Of a stretch of 64,000 bases of DNA, positions 57,943-64,000 are shown piece after piece. A program made the position numbers and the translations under genes. The stretch's first letter is position 1. Every line of letters starts with the position of its first letter. The stretch comes from an uncultured delta proteobacterium (GTDB lineage: Bacteria; Myxococcota_A; Polyangia; Polyangiales; Houyiibacteriaceae). The stretch spans positions 1,280,001-1,344,000 of the forward strand of contig CAVOVB010000001.1 in the NCBI GenBank assembly GCA_963699755.1, in the 5' to 3' direction. The notes under the pieces were generated by a model that searched no databases, had not been told where the DNA came from, and saw only the letters and a list, made by a program, of their open reading frames with translations.

Positions 57943-58060
57943 TCGCCGTGACTGCTGACGACCTCCACAAGATCGCGCGTATCAGAACGAATTTCGGCCC
58001 GGGGGCTCAAGTGGCAGCCTCGCATAGCCCAAGCGAAGCTAGCGCTTTATCGTTACGCCG

Positions 58061-58804
58061 ATGCAAGTGATCCCCGTCCCATGCCTGAGTGACAACTATG
58101 CGTACCTAGTGATCGAGGACGGCCAGGCAGCGGTCGTCGACCCGTCCCAAGCTGACCCGGTCTTGAGAGCGATCGACGAGGCCAGAGTCAGGCTCAGCGA
58201 GGTCTGGCTCACCCATCACCACTGGGATCACATCGGAGGGATCGAGCCGCTGATCGAGGAGTGTCCCATCAAGCACATTCGGGGTTCGAAGTACGATGCA
58301 GATCATCAACGAATCCCTCGGCAGACCGATGCCTATTCGGACGGCGATGCTTTCGACTTCGGTGGCAGCACCGTGAACATTCTCGAGATCCCGGGCCACA
58401 CGCTGGGCGCCATCGCCTTTATCACAGAAGGAAACCTCTTCAGCGGCGACACCCTCTTCATCGCGGGTTGCGGTAGGGTCTTCGAAGGCACGATGGAGAT
58501 GATGTCGCAGTCGCTTGCGAAGCTTCGCGACCTGCCGGGGGACACCAAGGTCTGGTGCGGCCACGAGTACACGGTCAACAATCTTCGCTTCGCGAAGACC
58601 GTCGAACCGAGCAACCGCGAAATCGAACGCGCACTCGCAGTGGCAACGGCCACACGTGCGGCAAAGAAGTTCACAGTGCCCGGGCGGCTCGACACTGAGC
58701 GCGCTACCAATCCGTTTCTCCGTTTCGACGAGCCTGCGGTCGCGGCTGGCAGAGACCCGGTCGCCTCATTCACCGCGATTCGCGCAGCCAAGGACAAGTT
58801 CTAG
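58061..58804 (+). CDS. gloB: Hydroxyacylglutathione hydrolase (glyoxalase II)
   Basis: DNYAYL, THHHWDHIGG, PGHT, FSGDTLFIAGCGR, GHEYT, TNPFLR. Confidence 0.92.
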   Translation: MQVIPVPCLSDNYAYLVIEDGQAAVVDPSQADPVLRAIDEARVRLSEVWLTHHHWDHIGGIEPLIEECPIKHIRGSKYDADHQRIPRQTDAYSDGDAFDFGGSTVNILEIPGHTLGAIAFITEGNLFSGDTLFIAGCGRVFEGTMEMMSQSLAKLRDLPGDTKVWCGHEYTVNNLRFAKTVEPSNREIERALAVATATRAAKKFTVPGRLDTERATNPFLRFDEPAVAAGRDPVASFTAIRAAKDKF

Positions 58805-58806
58805 CC

Positions 58807-60954
58807 ATGAACCCTCCGCGCACGCGAAGGGCTAGCTGGGCTCGCGACGAAAACGGTATTCCCCAAATCATGGCCCAGGACATCCAAGGTCTCTACTGGG
58901 GCATGGGGTATTGCCACGCCATGGATCGCGGCCTGCAGATGCTGATCATGCGGATCCTCGGGCAGGGCCGGGCCGCAGAGCTCCTCGATGGAAGCGACGA
59001 GATGGTAGAGGTGGATAGGTTCTTTCGGCGCATGAATTGGAGTGGCGGGATCGCCAAGCAAACCAAGAAGCTCAGCACCGAAGCCCGCATCGCTTGCGAA
59101 GCTTATTGCGACGGCGTGAACGCGCGTTTTTCTCAGTCGTCGCCCTGGGAGCTCAAGCTCGTGGGGGTCCGGCCCGAGCCCTGGACCATTGCAGACAGCT
59201 TGTTGTTGGCGCGGATGACGGGCTTTCTCACCTTGGCACAGTCACAGGGCGAAGTGGAGCGGCTCTTCGTCGAGATGGTTCAAGCTGGCATAGGCGAGGA
59301 GCATCTCGAGGCGCTCTTTCCGGGAAGCACCGACGGGCTCGACCGAGCCATGGTGAATCAGGTCGAGCTCAATGAGCGCGTCGTTCCCGAGGTCGCCAAA
59401 TGGGGAGTCGCTGCGCCGCGGATGATGGCGTCGAACAACTGGTGCGTGTCGGGCTCACGGACGGCTTCTGGGGCGGCGATGCTCGGCAACGATCCGCATC
59501 TCGAAACCAACCGGCTACCAAACATTTGGGTCGAGCAGAGCTTTCGCTGGCCCGATGGGTACGCTCTGCTCATGACCATGCCCGGCTTGCCCGCCCCGCT
59601 CGTCGGGCGGAACGAGAACCTGTCCTGGGGCGCAACCTACACCTTTATGGATGCGGTTGATTCCTGGGTCGAGCACTGCCGGGATGGGCAGTTCCGTCGC
59701 GGCGATGGCTGGGTCGATTTCGATCGGCGCGTCGAAACGATCAAGCGAAAGAAGGGCTCGCCAGTCGTCGAAACCTTCTGGGAGAACCTGCACGGCGTGC
59801 TCGACGGTGACGCGACTGCCGAGGGATACCGACTTGCCACGCGTTGGACGGGTTCCGATGGCGGGGCGCAGTCGATCAACGCGCTGCTTCCGATGTGGAC
59901 GGCACGGACGGTGATCGAAGGCATGGCCGCGTTCGCGGTCGTCGAGTCATCGATGAACTGGGTCTTTGCAGACAGTGCCGGTGACATCGGCTACCAGATG
60001 TCGGGCTTGATGCCGAAACGCCGCGACGACTGGTCTGGCTTCGCACCCCGGCCAGGCTGGGACGAGCGCTTCGACTGGAAGGGCTTCGTCCGTCCCGAGG
60101 AGCTGCCTCGGGTCCGCAACCCCCGAGACGGAATGGTCGTTACCGCCAATCAGGATCTCAATCACCTCGGCGTTGCAAACCCGATCAATGCGCCGATGGG
60201 CGACTACCGCGCGCGTCGCATCGCCGAGCTGTTGCAGGAACGCGACGACCACGACGTGGACTCCTTTCGCGCGATACAGCTGGACACCTACTCCATTCAA
60301 GCGGCAGAGTTCCTCGAGATCCTCGCGCCGCTCCTCGGAACGGGGCCCATCGCAGACGCCCTCCGCGATTGGGACTGCCGCTACGAGCTCGAGTCCACCG
60401 GCGCGACCGCGTTTGAGATCTTCTACGCGGAGCTGCTCGTCGAGATGTTTGGCCCAGCGTGCGGCGCGGCGGTCGTCGAGCATCTGCGCGACTCGACCGG
60501 CACCTTCATCGACTTCTACCAGAGCTTCGACCGCGTCCTCGTCGACCCCTCGTCGCCATGGCTTGGCGAGCGCCAGCGCGACGATGTATGGCGGGCCGCC
60601 CTTGCGAAGATCGCTGACCGCCAGCCAAAACCCTGGGGCAAGCGAAACCAGCTCACCCTCAGCAACATGTTCTTTGGAGGCAAGCTCCCCCGCTTTCTCG
60701 GATTCGATCGCGGCCCGATCCCGATCCGCGGCGGGCGCGCAACGCCACACCAGGGTCAGATCTACAACTCCGCCGGGCGGCTCACCTCCTTCACCCCATC
60801 TCTTCGCTTCGTCGCCGACATGAGCACGAGCGTCCTGCACACCGCGCTCTGCGGAGGTCCCTCCGACCGTCGGTTTTCCAAATGGTACACTAGCGGGATT
60901 GCCGGCTGGCTCACTGGTGAGCTGAAAATTCGAAAGCCACCGACCCAAGGCTGA
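58807..60954 (+). CDS. Penicillin acylase family (Ntn hydrolase) protein
   Basis: RDENGIPQI, GYCHAMDR, ASNNW autocleavage site, NDPHL, TANQ. Confidence 0.88.
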   Translation: MNPPRTRRASWARDENGIPQIMAQDIQGLYWGMGYCHAMDRGLQMLIMRILGQGRAAELLDGSDEMVEVDRFFRRMNWSGGIAKQTKKLSTEARIACEAYCDGVNARFSQSSPWELKLVGVRPEPWTIADSLLLARMTGFLTLAQSQGEVERLFVEMVQAGIGEEHLEALFPGSTDGLDRAMVNQVELNERVVPEVAKWGVAAPRMMASNNWCVSGSRTASGAAMLGNDPHLETNRLPNIWVEQSFRWPDGYALLMTMPGLPAPLVGRNENLSWGATYTFMDAVDSWVEHCRDGQFRRGDGWVDFDRRVETIKRKKGSPVVETFWENLHGVLDGDATAEGYRLATRWTGSDGGAQSINALLPMWTARTVIEGMAAFAVVESSMNWVFADSAGDIGYQMSGLMPKRRDDWSGFAPRPGWDERFDWKGFVRPEELPRVRNPRDGMVVTANQDLNHLGVANPINAPMGDYRARRIAELLQERDDHDVDSFRAIQLDTYSIQAAEFLEILAPLLGTGPIADALRDWDCRYELESTGATAFEIFYAELLVEMFGPACGAAVVEHLRDSTGTFIDFYQSFDRVLVDPSSPWLGERQRDDVWRAALAKIADRQPKPWGKRNQLTLSNMFFGGKLPRFLGFDRGPIPIRGGRATPHQGQIYNSAGRLTSFTPSLRFVADMSTSVLHTALCGGPSDRRFSKWYTSGIAGWLTGELKIRKPPTQG

Positions 60955-60962
60955 CGGCCGGG

Positions 60963-61775
60963 TCAGGCGCGCATCTTATCGATCGATCGCTTCATGATCG
61001 AAAGCATCCACGCTCTCGGCAAGAGCTTCGAGAGCAGGCCGGCAGACATACGGTCGGCCCATGTCGGGAGCAGCGCGGGTTGCTTGCCAAGGGCACGGAG
61101 CGCGCCGAGCGCGACAGGCTCGGGTCGATGGAGAGGGATGTAGAACGGCAAGTCCTTCTCGAGGTTCTGATCCTGGACGGGCTTGGTCTCGGTCATCCCC
61201 GGACAAACAGCGAGCGTGTCGACACCGCTGCCGCGAAGCTCGGACCAGAGGCCGCAAGCGAGGTTCAAACCGTAGCCCTTGGTGGCGGCGTAGTGACAGA
61301 AGTAAGGCGAGCCGGAGAGCCCAGAGGCCGACGAGACGATGATGATCCCGCCACGGCCGCGTGAAGCCATGGTTTTGCCGATGACGTGGGTCAGCACGAG
61401 CGTCGCTCGGCAGTTCAAGTCCAGGGTCGCCAAATGTGCGTCCAACGAGATGTCGAAGAAGGGATCGAGCAGGGAGATCCCGGCGTTGTTGACGAGAAGC
61501 CCAATTTCGAAGCTGTCCACCCACTGATTGGCTTTCTCGTCGAGGCCGGGCCGGGACAGGTCACAGATCAGCGCTCGCGCATCGATCCCGTGTGCCGCGC
61601 TCAGCTCCTCGGCGAGCGCGATCGTCTCGTCGCCCTCTTGATCGACCAGCAAGAGGTCGAAGCCGTCGGCTGCAAGATAGCCGGCGAACGCACGTCCGAT
61701 CCCCCGCGCCGCTCCGGTCACGAGTGCGTAGCCTCCGTAGCGGGCGTGGAGCCCGAGCTGCAGCGAGTCTCCCAA
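60963..61775 (-). CDS. Short-chain dehydrogenase/reductase
   Basis: TGAARGIG, LVNNAG, YAATK. Confidence 0.88.
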   Translation of the reverse strand: MGDSLQLGLHARYGGYALVTGAARGIGRAFAGYLAADGFDLLLVDQEGDETIALAEELSAAHGIDARALICDLSRPGLDEKANQWVDSFEIGLLVNNAGISLLDPFFDISLDAHLATLDLNCRATLVLTHVIGKTMASRGRGGIIIVSSASGLSGSPYFCHYAATKGYGLNLACGLWSELRGSGVDTLAVCPGMTETKPVQDQNLEKDLPFYIPLHRPEPVALGALRALGKQPALLPTWADRMSAGLLSKLLPRAWMLSIMKRSIDKMRA

Positions 61776-61785
61776 GTCGTCCTCC

Positions 61786-62700
61786 TCAGCTCGTGGTCAG
61801 TCGTCCCTTCGCACGAGTGCGGTCATGAATCCAGAAGAGAAGCCAGATGACCAAGAGTCCCACGAGGCCGCCCATGCCATAGAACGGAGCGAGCCAAGTT
61901 GGGGCGCCGAACGTGAGGTCGTGCGCGGCAGCTGTCAGAGCGATCATCGTCCCCCGGGTGACCGCGACCGCAATCACCGATTCGCTGCGCACACGGAGAT
62001 AAACGAGAAGCCAGGAAGCGACGATGCACCAGGGAAGGGCGAGCATGACGCTTCCAATGCCTGGCAGAGAGTACAGATTTCCAATCGCCACCGATGGCGC
62101 GAGCCAAAGCCACCAGAGGAGCCCGATCTTGGTCGAGCGCCCCCAGAATCCGCCTGGCATTTCTCTGAAGTAGTAACCGCGAAACGCTATCTCTTCGCAG
62201 AGCCCCGGGATGAGATTGAACGTGAGTCCCGCCGGCATTCCCATGACGATCAAGGTCAAAGGATGCGGTGGTGGGCTGTCGGAGAGGTACTCCTCGAACT
62301 GTGCGAGCTGCTCAGGCGGCACGGCCGAACGCTTGTTCTCGATCAGTTGCTCGACCGTCAGCACCGGATCGAAACCGGCGGCCCAGGTGACCAGCATGCC
62401 GACGAGGAGGATTGCGACCGGAAGCAGCCAGGCGATGCCCCACCATCGGTTGACCGAAAACCGAATACCGAGCGGCTTCAAGATTGGCTGCTTCAACCAA
62501 GGCCCCTGGACGAGCAGAGTCGACACCAGCGCTGGAACGGTGTACCAGAACGAGATCGCTCGACCCGCCGCGCCCGACCATTGCGTCCCGTTGAGCCACA
62601 TGCCGACGACCGGCGTCCAACTGCCGATCGCCATCAGAGCGAACGGAACCCAAATCAGGCGCGCCTTCGTGATTTTCGGGCTCACCGAAAGCGTTTCCAC
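61786..62700 (-). CDS. CPBP/Abi-family membrane protein, degenerate active site
   Basis: Multi-TM, EEIAFRGY motif 1 present; His of later motifs absent. Confidence 0.65.
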   Translation of the reverse strand: METLSVSPKITKARLIWVPFALMAIGSWTPVVGMWLNGTQWSGAAGRAISFWYTVPALVSTLLVQGPWLKQPILKPLGIRFSVNRWWGIAWLLPVAILLVGMLVTWAAGFDPVLTVEQLIENKRSAVPPEQLAQFEEYLSDSPPPHPLTLIVMGMPAGLTFNLIPGLCEEIAFRGYYFREMPGGFWGRSTKIGLLWWLWLAPSVAIGNLYSLPGIGSVMLALPWCIVASWLLVYLRVRSESVIAVAVTRGTMIALTAAAHDLTFGAPTWLAPFYGMGGLVGLLVIWLLFWIHDRTRAKGRLTTS

Positions 62701-63422
62701 GCGGCGAGCTCGGCTTCTTGGAACGCCGCATAGCGTTTTTGCAGCCTAACGAGCTCTCCGTAGATACGCGGCAACTGCGGCGCGAGCGCGAGCAGGATCC
62801 GCCCGGTTGCTTCTGCGTCGCCCGCCGCGCGGTGCGCCTCGACGAGCGGGATGCCCAAGTGCTTCGCCACGTCTGCGAGTCGGCGGTTCTTCAATTCCTT
62901 GAGGAGCTCACGTGCCCAGACCAGCGGGTCCACCCAGACCACCTCGTCGCGCGCTGCGGGCGGCATGTCGCCAGGCGTCATACCCTTGGGCACGGCGCGC
63001 GCGATTTCTGCGAGCAGGAACCCACGGTCGAAGGACGCGTTGTAGGCCGCCGGGAGCTTGCCCTGTAAGCGCTCCAGAAGCCGCGGCATGAGCGTTGCAA
63101 AGTTGGGGGCCCCTTCGAGCTCTTCGTCCGTGATGCCGTGAACAGCCCGAGACTCTTCGGGCACGGGCATCCCAGGGTTGACCAGCCAGCTTTCCTTGCT
63201 GCTGACTCTTCCTTTCTCGAATGTCACCAGTCCGATCTCGATGACGCGGTCGGTTTTCGCGTCGCGGCCCGTCGTCTCGAAGTCGATGACGGTGATTGGG
63301 ATCTCCTCCCAAGAAGCTCCCGGCTCGAATTCCCTACACAGGCCCTCGACGTTCTGAATCGCGTCCGCGATCAGGTCGGCAATGCCTGGATAGTGGCGCC
63401 CGGTTGGAAAGCAGCCACACAC
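62682..63422 (-). CDS. DnaQ-like 3'-5' exonuclease (DEDDh)
   Basis: IDFETTG, VHGIT, AYNASFD, AHRAAGDA; start uncertain (GTG 63422). Confidence 0.88.
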   Translation of the reverse strand: MCGCFPTGRHYPGIADLIADAIQNVEGLCREFEPGASWEEIPITVIDFETTGRDAKTDRVIEIGLVTFEKGRVSSKESWLVNPGMPVPEESRAVHGITDEELEGAPNFATLMPRLLERLQGKLPAAYNASFDRGFLLAEIARAVPKGMTPGDMPPAARDEVVWVDPLVWARELLKELKNRRLADVAKHLGIPLVEAHRAAGDAEATGRILLALAPQLPRIYGELVRLQKRYAAFQEAELAAWKRFR

Positions 63423-63496
63423 ATCGGTTCGTCCCCGCACGCGGGGAAGATGCACCGCATGGCCGCCCCGGCGCAAGTCGTATAAAAGGATGGATC

Positions 63497-64000
63497 GTGG
63501 CTTCGACGTATCGCACGCGCTTTGCTCCTTCGCCTACGGGCAAGATGCACCCGGGACACGCGCGCACAGCGCTGCTGACCTGGCTCCAGGCGCGAAAGCA
63601 CGGTGGGCGAATCGTCATGCGGATCGAGGACATCGATCGCCCCAGGGTGGTTCCCGGTTCAGCGGACGAGATCTGCCGCGACCACGAGTGGCTCGGGCTC
63701 GACTGGGACGAAGGTCCGCAGTTTCAATCCTCGCACGACGACTCTTACGAGCGCGCTCTCGCCAGACTACAAGGGGCGGGCCTGGTCTACCCCTGCTCCT
63801 GCTCCCGCCAAGACATCGCTGACATTGCCAGCGCGCCGCACGGCGACGAAGGGCCCCGCTATCCCGGGACCTGCCGCAACGGGGCGACGAACCCGGAGCG
63901 CGCTCCTGCGCTTCGCTTCCGCTTTGACGGTCCTTCTCCCGGGTTCGAAGACGTTTTGTGCGGACCCTTTCCCGAAGGCAGTGCGGGAGGGGACTTCGTG
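63497..64000 (+). CDS. gluQ: tRNA glutamyl-Q(34) synthetase GluQRS (partial, runs off window end)
   Basis: Frame not in ORF track: RFAPSPTGKMHPGH, MRIEDIDRPR, WLGLDWD, YPCSCSR, YPGTCR, GDFV. Confidence 0.85.
   Translation, partial: MASTYRTRFAPSPTGKMHPGHARTALLTWLQARKHGGRIVMRIEDIDRPRVVPGSADEICRDHEWLGLDWDEGPQFQSSHDDSYERALARLQGAGLVYPCSCSRQDIADIASAPHGDEGPRYPGTCRNGATNPERAPALRFRFDGPSPGFEDVLCGPFPEGSAGGDFV

Noticed and set aside
63490..63822. 110-aa ORF in the track
   Set aside because: Out-of-frame shadow of gluQ, which starts at GTG 63497
1..64000. CRISPR arrays, tRNA/rRNA, IS elements, prophage or defence islands
   Set aside because: No regularly spaced repeats, RNA gene signatures, transposase/integrase motifs or obvious compositional shift seen by eye; intergenic gaps are short

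Overview
GC-rich, very gene-dense bacterial chromosome segment. Gene content (DUF1592/DUF1552 pair, Zn-ribbon Ser/Thr kinase, PrkA-YeaH-SpoVR, DUF1844) suggests Myxococcota; this taxonomy is an inference. I found no rRNA, tRNA, CRISPR array, integrase or transposase. About 57 CDS were called from motifs recognised by eye. The highlight is a ~12 kb short-chain fatty acid island on the minus strand: prpE, an unannotated 55-aa cbrX-like ORF, a CbrA-like SLC5/STAC/PAS/histidine kinase and a CbrB-like sigma-54 activator. It continues with a -24/-12 promoter carrying repeated upstream sites, then acs, DUF4212, an actP-like symporter, a porin and a terminator. This is a Pseudomonas-type CbrXAB architecture apparently wired directly to acetate genes, where Pseudomonas has the crcZ sRNA. 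The second highlight is a ClpB-like Hsp100 with a degenerate first ATPase domain and no middle domain, in an apparent operon with DUF1844 and an unannotated 56-aa ORF. Also present: a truncated Nudix pseudogene, a degenerate CPBP protease, a DUF1704 peptidase overlapping coaD antisense, and housekeeping genes (serA, slyD, mpl, mgtE, coaD, rsmD, gloB, gluQ).
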